Part shown: piece after piece, positions 1-8,630 of the stretch | How the letters are laid out: each line of letters begins with the position of its first letter | How positions within the stretch are numbered: position 1 is the first letter of the stretch | From: a virus | Taxonomy: Duplodnaviria; Caudoviricetes | IMG/VR virus record: IMGVR_UViG_3300021256_000077 | Location: 33,488-97,487 of that record | Reading direction: 5' to 3' (one strand) | DNA: 64,000 nt | Position numbers and translations under genes: made by a program | The notes under the pieces: generated by a model | The model's database searches: none | Told to the model about the DNA's origin: nothing | The model's input: only the letters and a program-made list of their open reading frames with translations

Positions 1-2
1 AT

Positions 3-587
3 GTACACCTTTGCCTTCACCACTTCATGGGCGTAGTCAATCAGCGACTGGTTGTACAGATCAAAGTCACGCTCGTACTCTTTGTACATATCGTTCATGG
101 TCTGTATTTCCTCGTCGTCATAGTAGCCACCCCACTCGGTGCTGTAGGTGCGCCGCGCTTCTTTTGCCGCCTGATCCTCCGGGCTTTCCCCGGCCACAAT
201 TTCTTCATACGGCTTATCGTTGTAGGCGATGTAGCCGTAATAGGCGGGCGTATTCATCATCTTCAGCCAGGCCTGTGCTGCGGCCTGATTGAAGAGCTTT
301 GTGCGTCTGGAAGCATTCGCCTTCAGGTACGCTTCGTCAGTGGCCACGGCATACTGGGCTTTCTTAATGCAAGCCTCCCAGTAAGCGTCCTTCCACTGTC
401 GGTTGTTGTCGTGGCAGTACTGTTCGACGGTTTCCCGGTCAATCACGTACTTCTTGCCACACTCGGTACACCATGCGTCCCTGTATGACATGGTGACCCA
501 TTCCCGGTTCTTCGGGAAAGCATCTAGCGGAAGGACTTTACCGCAGCGAATGCATGACTTATGTGGTACTGTGTTACTCTTCGCCAC
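3..587 (-). CDS. Zn-finger protein running off the window edge; possible terminase small subunit / packaging-associated protein
   Basis: Not in ORF track. GGAGG RBS, GTG start at 587, open to the window start: MAKSNTVPHKSCIRCGKVLPLDAF...AWCTECGKK...EWGGYYDDEEIQTMNDMYKEYERDF. The CxxC pair plus WG-x-Y motif resembles genes I recall upstream of terL in large Firmicute phages; function is inference. Confidence 0.5.
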   Translation of the reverse strand, partial: MAKSNTVPHKSCIRCGKVLPLDAFPKNREWVTMSYRDAWCTECGKKYVIDRETVEQYCHDNNRQWKDAYWEACIKKAQYAVATDEAYLKANASRRTKLFNQAAAQAWLKMMNTPAYYGYIAYNDKPYEEIVAGESPEDQAAKEARRTYSTEWGGYYDDEEIQTMNDMYKEYERDFDLYNQSLIDYAHEVVKAKVY

Positions 588-793
588 AATAACTTCCTCC
601 TTTTATGTCAGTTGTCTCCGTCGATGATAGCTTGTAATGCACGAATCAGCTCTATGCATGGGAAATCCGAACACCGCTCGCATTCCTCAAATGGTTTGAT
701 GATCATACCTGTTTCATCATGGCATTCGTCTCGCATTTCTTTCTCCTCTAATGAGTTATATAGGGTTCGGTTTACCGACATATGTTAGCACCA

Positions 794-845
794 CGGACAG
801 CCCCGGAGTCGAACCGGGCAACCGAAAGTCACCACTACGCCGCCC
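794..845 (-). ncRNA. Minimal tRNA-like RNA (acceptor stem + T-arm only)
   Basis: Minus strand GGGCGGC-20 nt-CCCGG TTCGACT CCGGG-GCTGTCC: 7-bp acceptor stem and perfect T-arm, no proper D or anticodon arm. Confidence 0.45.
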
Positions 846-976
846 GATGGCATCTGGCATATATCAGCACTGGTTTAATGGGTTGTTTATTCGCCCGTTC
901 GGGCAAGGATGTCAGACGCATCCGACATCCTCAAGCAAAGTCCGAAGACGTTTGCCGTAATTCCAAAATATGAAGG

Positions 977-1297
977 TTACTGTTCATAGAAAATTTCCAG
1001 CCCATAAGCCTTTGCCGCATCATGCTCAATCCGGCATCCTCTGGCGTTCTCCCAACCTTTGCAGAAATACACCGCATGGCAAAGACTCATGTTTTCCAGA
1101 GACTTGGCAAGAAAACAGAGCGGGATCTGAACCACGCCACGTTCCTTCATCTTCTCATCCGAATACCACTCGTCCGTGAAGAGAGTATTTACAATCTCAT
1201 AGCCCTTCGCTTCAAGCACTTTGATAGCACGTTCTCTGGTTTCGATAATTTCCTGTTCGGTCTTTCCAGCCATAGGCTGAGATAACATAGCTTTCAT
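977..1297 (-). CDS. DUF4406 / nucleoside-deoxyribosyltransferase-like protein
   Basis: Motifs SQPMxGK...LAKSLENMSLCHAVYFCKGWENARGCRIEH; AAGGAG RBS. Confidence 0.7.
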   Translation of the reverse strand: MKAMLSQPMAGKTEQEIIETRERAIKVLEAKGYEIVNTLFTDEWYSDEKMKERGVVQIPLCFLAKSLENMSLCHAVYFCKGWENARGCRIEHDAAKAYGLEIFYEQ

Positions 1298-1324
1298 GGA
1301 TCACCACTCCTTAAAGTGTTATTT

Positions 1325-1467
1325 AATGCGGGTCAGGATTTGCACCTGACATGGTGATGATATTGACCAACACTGCTGGATTTGCACCGAGTCAGTTTGC
1401 AGATTCGAACTGCGCTTCACACCACCGCTCGCTATGTGCTGCGTCTACCTATTTCCGCCACCGCAAT
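1325..1467 (-). ncRNA. tRNA-Leu-like shell RNA, copy 1 (expanded central arm)
   Basis: TGCGG TGGCGGAAATAGGTAGACGC ... ATGTCAGG TGCAAAT CCTGAC CCGCA; core shared with 3164-3349. Confidence 0.6.
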
Positions 1468-1796
1468 AAAGTCCAATTCACGTCACCAGCATTTTTATTA
1501 CATAGATCACACCGATCGCAACGAACAACCAATAAATCATGCCGGGCTTTTTATCCATGATACAGTCTCCTATTCAAGTTACATCCCGTGGCTTATATTC
1601 CGGGCAAAAGCACGGAGTTGTATTTTGCCATTCTTTTTCGGAAAGTGCCCTCGCCGTACCTCTTCCAGAACAAAAAGCTTTCGTTTTTGCATACTTGGCA
1701 TATTTGCATTTTTTACAAACAGCTTCGTTCGCATACGGAGTTGCATTCGATTTGCGTTTCAGCCACGTCTCATAGCGTCCCATGATCTATACCTCT

Positions 1797-2024
1797 TTAA
1801 TCAAGAACCGCCATTACAGGCTTTTCCAGTGTGACCTTTTGCCCACAATTGCAGCAATAGTTTGACATCTTTGGTGTAGGCATTCTGCAATGAGGACAGT
1901 AATATCTGCGGTTTTCAAACAGCAGTTGTTTTGCGGTGAAACGCTCTCGTATGCGTTGCCTCTGTTTTTCTGGTATGCCTGTGCTTTCCTTCGCAGCCGC
2001 ACGAATATACATATCCTCTACCAT
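1797..2024 (-). CDS. Small Zn-ribbon protein
   Basis: CPHC...YCCNCGQ motif. Confidence 0.6.
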   Translation of the reverse strand: MVEDMYIRAAAKESTGIPEKQRQRIRERFTAKQLLFENRRYYCPHCRMPTPKMSNYCCNCGQKVTLEKPVMAVLD

Positions 2025-2039
2025 TGTTCGCCATCTTCC

Positions 2040-2270
2040 TTAGCCGAAGTCAGGATAAACTACACTCCACTTATCTTCGACAATGCAATCGAAAACACGG
2101 CCAATATCAGGTGCACCCTGGATAGGATAACGAAGACCAGTATTGCTGTTGAACATGACGGTGTTGTTTTCCCATGTCCAATAGTCTCCGTCAAACGCCT
2201 CGTGGGCAATACACTTTCCGTTCCGCATTTCCCGGTATGCTTCTGCAAATGTCATTCGCATTTCCCCCAT
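2040..2270 (-). CDS. DUF2829 / Tad2-like small protein
   Basis: MTFAEAYREMRNGKCIAH...IVEDKWSVV matches the pattern MxFxEAlxxmkxGkkv...ilxdDWxiv. Confidence 0.5.
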   Translation of the reverse strand: MGEMRMTFAEAYREMRNGKCIAHEAFDGDYWTWENNTVMFNSNTGLRYPIQGAPDIGRVFDCIVEDKWSVVYPDFG

Positions 2271-2537
2271 TTATTCCCATTCTATGGGCTGGCCACAATA
2301 TGGACAGAATCTTGTTCCCATGTGCAGTCTCTGGACTCCCATGGCTCTGCTTGACACCGTGGAGCAATGCGGGCAATATGCATCACCGTACATATCCGTT
2401 TTTACCTTCTTCGGTTTCTTCAGCAATTCCAAAGCCGCTTTGGCAATGGACTGTACCTCGCTATTGCTGTGCCACTCACACCAGTTGTCATCCGTCAAGC
2501 CTTCAAGCCATCCCATTACCATTTCACGATCATTCAT
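2271..2537 (-). CDS. Zn-ribbon protein of the ALELLK paralog family
   Basis: MNDREMVMGWLE...AALELLK...CPHC...FCPYCGQPIEWE; RBS AAGGAAAGGA. Confidence 0.65.
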   Translation of the reverse strand: MNDREMVMGWLEGLTDDNWCEWHSNSEVQSIAKAALELLKKPKKVKTDMYGDAYCPHCSTVSSRAMGVQRLHMGTRFCPYCGQPIEWE

Positions 2538-3163
2538 TGTTTGTTCCTTTCCTTTCTGCTCCCACGCCAACCGCTCCGGGCATCCGCAGCAAGCGGCTTT
2601 TTCGGTAGCTGTCATTCTGCATCTGGCACAAGGATTATTCATACACATCATGATGTGATTCTTGAACATGATTGCTGGCCACCATCTCCTGCTGTATCCG
2701 CATGGTAGTTTTTGTGTCATAGAAAGTATCAAGCAAACCTTCTGCGCGGCACTTCGGACATTCGCACACCCATTGTCCGCACACACACTTAATGTCCCAC
2801 GGCTGATGATGCCGTTCGCAATATCCTTCCATGCTGGCCTCCTGTAGTAGAGATGCGATGTCCTTCTAAATGCCCATGCTAACCAGGCTCATCCTGCCCG
2901 AGTCTTGACCTATGCACGCTGACTGGACGTGCGCAGGACGCAGGTAAGATAAGCCCGTAACCTCTGGGCTGGAGTCACCCTGTTTAAATGTCCATGCTTG
3001 GTCCGCATCCAAAAGGCTCAGCGTGCATGGCTCTTACCGGAATGGAAAACCACGAATGATGCGGGCATCTCCCGTGGCGGGGTGCTACCCCTGATGCATG
3101 AAAAACGGGGCTACTTTCGCGGTTTGCAATTGCGCCCCGTAAAAGCCCGAAGGCTTTTATCTC

Positions 3164-3349
3164 AATGCGGGTGAGGATTTGCACCTCACATGACGTACTC
3201 TCCAAAATGCCAGCACTATTTCAGCGACGATTCGTACGTCTTACGTGTAGCGTCTACTTTAGCCGTGACCTGCGCCCCTGTAATCAGGTGTACTTGGATG
3301 ATAGACAACTATCCGCAGGAATGATGGCAATCTATTCCGCCACCGCATT
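3164..3349 (-). ncRNA. tRNA-Leu-like shell RNA, copy 2 (insert in D-loop)
   Basis: AATGCGG/CCGCATT 7-bp stem, TGGCGGAATAG-(~75 nt)-GTAGACGC, helix GACGTAC/GTACGTC, GTGAGG TGCAAAT CCTCAC. Confidence 0.6.
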
Positions 3350-3571
3350 CTTGAAAAAATGGGAACAACGCCGGAACGTCGATCCTTAAAAGCCTTGCGG
3401 TTTTTGCACGATGACACCGTCAAACTAGGACCTTCTGGATGTCAACCCGTCCGATCCTTACAACCTCGGTGATGCCTGAAGCCTGGGTCGATCTGTTTAT
3501 GCTGTGGCCTGGGTCGCTGACAACGACTGTACCACTGCCGCCTCCCGAGTGTGCTGTGCGGTTTCTTAGTG

Positions 3572-3647
3572 TGTCGGTGGTGGGATTTGAACCCACAGTT
3601 TTACGGTTTTAGAGACCGCCCCGTCTCGCCAATTGCGGCACACCGAC
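3572..3647 (-). tRNA. Amber-reading tRNA, anticodon CUA, Leu-like body
   Basis: GTCGGTG TG CCG CAATTGGCGAGA CGG G GCGGT CT CTA AA ACCGT AAAACT GTGGG TTCAAAT CCCAC CACCGAC A: full cloverleaf, anticodon at 3610-3612, A73, A15:U48, 3-bp D-stem, CCA not encoded. Confidence 0.92.
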
Positions 3648-3648
3648 G

Positions 3649-4242
3649 TTAATAGCCGTAAAGGTGGACGGGATTCAGAAACGGGTTGCTCAGTGTCTCC
3701 TGCATGTTTGCCCCGGCTGGAATCTGCCATACCGGGCCTTCTGGCTCAGCCTTAAGCCGCAAATGATACAGCATGTGATCATAGTCTTTCGGCGTCATGC
3801 TAAGCATCTTTGCCAGTTGGTATCCCAGCTCCCGCCGTTCTGGTGACGGGTCGTAGGTCGAAGGAAGCACGTGAGCAAGCGGTGACGGGTCAAGTGCCTC
3901 GTCATCCAGAATGAGTTGATCAAGAATCAAATCCTCGATCATCCACTGCCATGCCGTACCCCACACCGCGAACCAGTCCTCGTACTGCCCGTACTGTGGA
4001 ATCAGCCGCAGAATACGTTTACCATCTGAGGCCCACATGAAGTCGCAGAAACGGCTGAAGACATGCCGGAAGAAGAGGGTATCACCCGTTCCCCGTATGT
4101 AGAAAAGGCAGCGCAGAGCAAGGTTCGAGTCCTCGCTCCATGCCGCCTGGAATACATGAATCATTTCGTCCGGCGGAAGTCGGCTAAGCTTTCCCGCCAT
4201 GTCATACATCTTCTGAACCGCGCCATTCATTGGTTGCCTCAT
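3649..4242 (-). CDS. DUF2828-like (TROVE/Ro60-related) protein, N-terminal part only
   Basis: FQAAWSEDSNLALRCLFYIRGTGDTLFFR...LIPQYGQYEDW resembles the AlkllFylRD..G.GEr..Fr...ipeyGrwdDl pattern; ATGA overlap with the upstream stop. Confidence 0.6.
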   Translation of the reverse strand: MRQPMNGAVQKMYDMAGKLSRLPPDEMIHVFQAAWSEDSNLALRCLFYIRGTGDTLFFRHVFSRFCDFMWASDGKRILRLIPQYGQYEDWFAVWGTAWQWMIEDLILDQLILDDEALDPSPLAHVLPSTYDPSPERRELGYQLAKMLSMTPKDYDHMLYHLRLKAEPEGPVWQIPAGANMQETLSNPFLNPVHLYGY

Positions 4243-5480
4243 TTTAGTCTGATTGGATATGTGCAACGCCGTCCATATTCGCGTTCCATAACCAGAGCAA
4301 TGGCTCCAGGCTCTCCGCCCATCTCACACGCCACCGCATAGTCATTCATGCCGCAGATTGACGGGACGCGCAGGATCACGCTGTTGCCATCACGGGTTAC
4401 GCCCGCATTGAATTCCTCGGCCTTATGCAGATGGCCGCAAAGGAAGAAGTCCACAGGGACTCCGTAAAGGTTTACGCTGTCTCTGGCAATGTCGCTGATC
4501 TTCTTGCCAAACGCGCCGTCGCCATGAAGAAGCATGAAGTGGTAATCGAAGACGCTGAAGTACTCGCGCCGTTCGCCCTTGCCTTCCACGGAAACAAGCT
4601 CATTGTCCTGGAGTCTGGCTTTCAGATACCAGAGGATAATTCGCTCAAGGTTTTCATCCTCGAACTCGCGTGACTTCGCACCCAGCGGCCTGACCTCGGA
4701 ATGGTTGCCGTTCACAGCATGCACGACCACGTATGCGTATTCCGAAAGGGAATTAATCCATTCTGCGAGATATTCCGCAAGGTACATGGTCTGGTCGATC
4801 ACGCCGTACTCAAGTTTGGTGAGCTGGTTTTTATGAATCATACCGTCAATCATGTCGCCTACGAAACACAGGTGAACCACGCTGACTTCCTCGTGCATTA
4901 CGATGGCGGCCGCCTGATCAAGCAAGCTGTCCATCCGCTTCTCAAAGATTTCCCGGTTGTAGGCGTTCAGCACATCGTCCCCGCGAAGACCCTTGATGTT
5001 GAACTCCGCGCCGTAATGCATGTCGCCTATTCCAAGCACAAGCTCCCGGTTCTCGGTGCGATCCGTATAGACCGTGGGTGAAACTGGCGGGCGTTCAAGC
5101 TTGGGCATCTGTCGTGCGGCTTCCACGATGGCATCGGCCAGTTCCTGCCGTCTGGCATCGCTCCGCATGTAGGAATTGATTTCCCGCCTGAGGTCGCGCA
5201 GTTTCTGTTTGTCACCGTAGACCGAAGTGCCGTCGTAGGCCGTGACGTTTTCCTCATGGGGCGTGCTTGCACGACCCTGCTCAGCTTCCCCGGCCTCCAG
5301 GTCTGCCACGAACTCCATGCCCACCGCAGCCTTCCGCAGATGGTCGGGCGTCATGTCAAGGTCGTAGAGATCAACAAGTTCGCTCCAGTCTATATCGGCC
5401 TAGCCACGCTTCTTGGCGACCGCCTGTTCCAGAAGTTGTCGCCGTTCGGCCAGACACATCTCTTCAAATTTCCGTCCCAA
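4239..5480 (-). CDS. Calcineurin-like metallophosphoesterase (one in-frame TAG)
   Basis: GDMHYG, VGDMIDG, GNHSE, LLHGD, GHLH motifs. Reading through TAG 5400-5402 adds the N-terminus MGRKFEEM...KKRG*ADIDWSELVDLYDLDMTPDHLRK, with an RBS and a TTG start overlapping the upstream gene. Confidence 0.85.
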
Positions 5481-6180
5481 TTTCCTTTACCGCTCCTTCT
5501 GGCAGTCGTTCCATGTTTTGATCATAGAATATGCCGTTCTCGGATACGATGACCGTATCCATTGCGTAGTACATGCCAAGTCCCGTTTCCTGCCCGCCGT
5601 ACTGCGGTGCGCTCAGATGCCACGTGCGTCCGCCCCAGTGGAATATCCCTTCGGTGTCCACCCGGCATCGAGTGAGATCATGGAAGCCGCCAATCTTCCG
5701 CTCCATGGCTACGCGCTCCTGCCTGTCCAGCGTTTTCGGTCTGGGTGCGGATTTGCGCTTTACCTTGGGAATGGCCTCATCCAGCGTATCCATCACTTGC
5801 CGGAAAACGCGCCACTCCTCGGCGTCCCCATTGGGAATCCCGGGCGTAACGTGGCTGCCGATCTGCTCGGACACACTGGAGGGACATGAGGATACCGGGA
5901 TCTCCCTGGCCGCATGAACACGGGCCTTGTAGTCAGTCTCGATATCCTCCATGTCGCCCTGAAGCAGGAAATAGGCAAGGCTGTCCTAAAATCGCTTTAC
6001 TTTCATTTCTGGAGAGTAAAGGTCGCCATGGTCGTTATCCCAGTTGCGCAGGCAATAGGTTTCCCAGCGGCCTATCAGCTCGTTGGCAATCTCCATCCGT
6101 TCTTCGAAGCTGTCCGTTTCGACGAACCTCGGATACCCCGTCGGCTGCGCTATATGGAATCCTCTTCCCATGTTATCCAC
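5464..6180 (-). CDS. Hypothetical protein, 238 aa (one in-frame TAG)
   Basis: Track ORFs 5986-6180 and 5464-5952 are in the same frame, joined across TAG 5986-5988: KVKRF*DSLAYFLLQGDMEDIE. Confidence 0.8.
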
Positions 6181-6209
6181 CCTTCCCTATGTTTATATCA
6201 AACAAGTGG

Positions 6210-6833
6210 TCACTTTTCGCGCAACTCTTCCAGCGCACCCGCCGAAAGTAAGCCCATGTATATCTTGAGCATCTGATTTTCTTCGCTGTTCGGGTCATCA
6301 TCCTTGGCGAATTCTTCAAACGGTTTCAGCTCTTTGCTGTTCCGCCAGTTGATGAATGCCTGTGGATGTTCGAGTATGAGGTTCAAGAAATCGATAAAGT
6401 CGTTATATGCCTGGGGATGATCAAGCATGTCGTCGAGGTTCGGAAACTCGTCCTCATCGTCATCGTCCTCTTCTTCCGGCTCGTCCTCTTCCTCTTCGTC
6501 GAACCACGCTTTCCGCAGGTAGTCGAGATCGAACTTCGTCATATCCTCACCGTCCACATTCATGAACCAGGCATGCGCGTTGATTGCCTTCTTCACGTTG
6601 TTTTCCTCGATTGCCTGGGAGATCGCTTTCCCGGCCACCCCGGAATCTTCGTTGGCGTACTCGAGCAGAAGGCCGTAGATGACAAGATCAATTTCACCTT
6701 CGCTCGGATCGCAGACTCTGATCCAGCTCTTTACCGGATCATTCGCAAATTTTGCATGAGAATTAATCCAAAAATCTCCGTACATAAGTCCCTCCAAATT
6801 CTTCTCCCAGAAATAGGGATGTTTTTCTTCCAA
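6210..6833 (-). CDS. Acidic hypothetical protein
   Basis: 207 aa ORF with a long D/E tract; start uncertain. Confidence 0.6.
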   Translation of the reverse strand: MEEKHPYFWEKNLEGLMYGDFWINSHAKFANDPVKSWIRVCDPSEGEIDLVIYGLLLEYANEDSGVAGKAISQAIEENNVKKAINAHAWFMNVDGEDMTKFDLDYLRKAWFDEEEEDEPEEEDDDDEDEFPNLDDMLDHPQAYNDFIDFLNLILEHPQAFINWRNSKELKPFEEFAKDDDPNSEENQMLKIYMGLLSAGALEELREK

Positions 6834-6903
6834 AATCCGCGTTCAGATTTCAGGTGGACAATTTATCGACTTTCGATCTGGAACGCGAAATTTGAACTTG
6901 TTC

Positions 6904-7194
6904 TCACACTTGAGTGGTGAGTTCGGATGAAGCTGAACGTCTTACCCTGGCCAACCTGTCCGCCGCCACCTTTTTCTGCTCGTCTGTCATGTGCACTTTC
7001 CTCGGCGGGCTGATCCTAACCCAGCTTCGGGGAAACATCGCCACGATAGTGCCGTCATTGTCTTCCGGCCTCGTCTTGATCAACACATCGTCCGGGTGTT
7101 TCTTTGCAAGCCGCAGAATGGTGTTCTTCAGCTTCTTCTCGTCGCCACTTGCCCACACCGTTTCACTGTTCGTCCAATCGATTGCGCAATCCAT
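6904..7194 (-). CDS. Phage hypothetical protein
   Basis: GGAGGAG RBS; ...ENDGTIVAMFPRSWVRISPPRKVHMTDEQKK. Confidence 0.7.
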   Translation of the reverse strand: MDCAIDWTNSETVWASGDEKKLKNTILRLAKKHPDDVLIKTRPEDNDGTIVAMFPRSWVRISPPRKVHMTDEQKKVAADRLARVRRSASSELTTQV

Positions 7195-7306
7195 ATTCGT
7201 TTCTCCTCCACTCAACACTCAAGTCTAGTTTTGCTCTCCAATTTCGCGTTTCAAAGTCTGGGTGGACATTTTATCAGGTGCGACATCAGAACCGCCAAAT
7301 CAGGAA

Positions 7307-7636
7307 TCAATCCCTGACTTGAGCGTAGACTTCCAACCATCTGCGGTTGTTCGCCTCCACGATCTTTGCCACCGCCGACTGAAACGCCCGCCTGATCCGA
7401 TCCCGGCTAATCCCGGTGTACGAGGAAACGTCGCCCATCTGCATGCCCCGCTCCTAGCAAGCCACCACGCGCCCCTCCAGCTCGTCCAGGCCAGCCGACT
7501 CCTTAGCCGCATCAAGGGCGATGTAGGCCAGGATGGCGTCCTCCTTGGCTGGGGCCGCGCTCCGCTCCTGAATCTAGGCACGAACGATGCGGGCCTCACT
7601 CATCGGCAGGTAGCTCCAGTCTTCAATTCTCCTCAA
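7307..7636 (-). CDS. Sigma-70 region-4-like HTH protein (two in-frame TAGs; missed by ORF track)
   Basis: MRRIEDWSYLPMSEARIVRA*IQERS...AYIALDAAKESAGLDELEGRVVAC*ERGMQMGDVSSYTGISRDRIRRAFQSAVAKIVEANNRRW. TTG start overlaps the upstream TGA; TAGs at 7574-7576 and 7454-7456. Confidence 0.8.
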
Positions 7637-8067
7637 ATCCCATCCCCGCCTTCGGCGTTGATGGTCTTATCCTGTAGACCACCGCTTCCGCGCTGGCCTT
7701 CGCTTTCCCCGCTTTCGCCCGCCCCGTGCTTGGGCTTGCCCGCCTTGCCCGCCTTATCCTTTCGCATGGCTTCGTCGTACATCGCCTGTAGCTTTGCCAG
7801 CCTCACCTTGGTTTCCTTGTGCTCCTTGTTGAGCGCGTTGTACTCGTCGTCCGCCTCATCCAGGGTGCGCTGCATGTTGGCCAGCCGTTCATTCAAGGTC
7901 TCCACTTCGCTGATTCCGGCCACCGCGTTCACGATATCGTCCACGTGGCTTGCCATGATATTGCGGATGCGCTCCTTGGAAGACGCCACCCCGTTGCCCG
8001 TCTGCTTGGCCGCATCAAGTTTCCGCTTTGCGGACATCAGTTCATCAATCCAGCCTGAACTTGCCAT
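7633..8067 (-). CDS. Coiled-coil hypothetical protein
   Basis: AAAGGAGA RBS, heptad-rich sequence; first gene after the 8.14 kb promoter motif. Confidence 0.75.
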   Translation of the reverse strand: MASSGWIDELMSAKRKLDAAKQTGNGVASSKERIRNIMASHVDDIVNAVAGISEVETLNERLANMQRTLDEADDEYNALNKEHKETKVRLAKLQAMYDEAMRKDKAGKAGKPKHGAGESGESEGQRGSGGLQDKTINAEGGDGI

Positions 8068-8109
8068 TGTTATCTCTCCTTTCACTAGGGGTATCTTCTC
8101 CCCCTACGC

Positions 8110-8162
8110 TTTATAAGATCACAAGGTCACATGTTTTTTGCACGGGCCAGAAAAATTTTTTT
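8110..8162 (-). promoter_or_regulatory. Phage-specific promoter motif (CGTGCAA-N13-TTGTGATC-TTATA)
   Basis: One of six matching copies located just upstream of an RBS. Confidence 0.65.
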
Positions 8163-8196
8163 CGCCGCGGCCTGTTGACCACCCCGCCTGGTCCCT

Positions 8197-8630
8197 CGCG
8201 CGCGCGCACGCGTATATATAATTAATTAAATAATAGATTTAAATAAAATACTCTTAGATTTAGAGAGATATTGATTAAATAAAAAAAGATATAGAGTCAA
8301 CTCTATTAACAAAGTCCTATGTTTTAAGAACCTAGTTAAATTATAGAGTCTAGTATTAACAAACACCTTAATTAAAACATAAAAATACCATACAGTTAAC
8401 TCTATAAATATAATCCCTTCATGGAGTACTAGATACATACTCTATTTACTACATGCATTTAGTACTGAGTTTAAAACATAGATCTTAGTAGTTGGTAGTA
8501 TCTTTAAAACATACCAAAGATAATTTATTAGAACTATGTTTAAAATTATAAAGATCTATGTTTTGGTTTAGATAGAGTCGACTCTATTTATAAAGTTATA
8601 CGTTCTAAGAACCAAGTTTATATATAGAGC
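8197..8630. repeat. AT-rich repeated region at the strand-divergence point; candidate replication origin
   Basis: About 60-bp direct repeat (8291-8350 vs 8572-8630), each copy starting with the palindrome ATAGAGTC(A/G)ACTCTAT; very low GC compared with flanks. Confidence 0.6.

Noticed and set aside
2832-2892. TAG read-through extension upstream of ORF 2635-2832
   Set aside because: An in-frame ATG...TAG exists, but the annotated ATG already has a GGAGG RBS and the region looks like structured RNA, so it was not counted as recoding evidence.
3572-3647. TAG as Gln (table 15) or pyrrolysine
   Set aside because: The tRNA lacks U1-A72/G73 and the tRNA-Pyl architecture, no pyl genes are in the window, and TAG contexts are hydrophobic. 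Tyr is less likely but not fully excluded.
7262-8116. Long antisense ORFs in the track (7262-8116, also 9652-10461, 42554-43567, 44023-45123, 33411-34232)
   Set aside because: They are shadows of real genes on the opposite strand, with no RBS or motifs.
8226-8438. 70-aa ORF in the AT-rich region
   Set aside because: Composition reflects the AT-rich repeats; no RBS.
8290-8630. CRISPR array
   Set aside because: Only two long imperfect repeats without regular spacers; no cas operon (the Cas4-like nuclease sits in the replication module).
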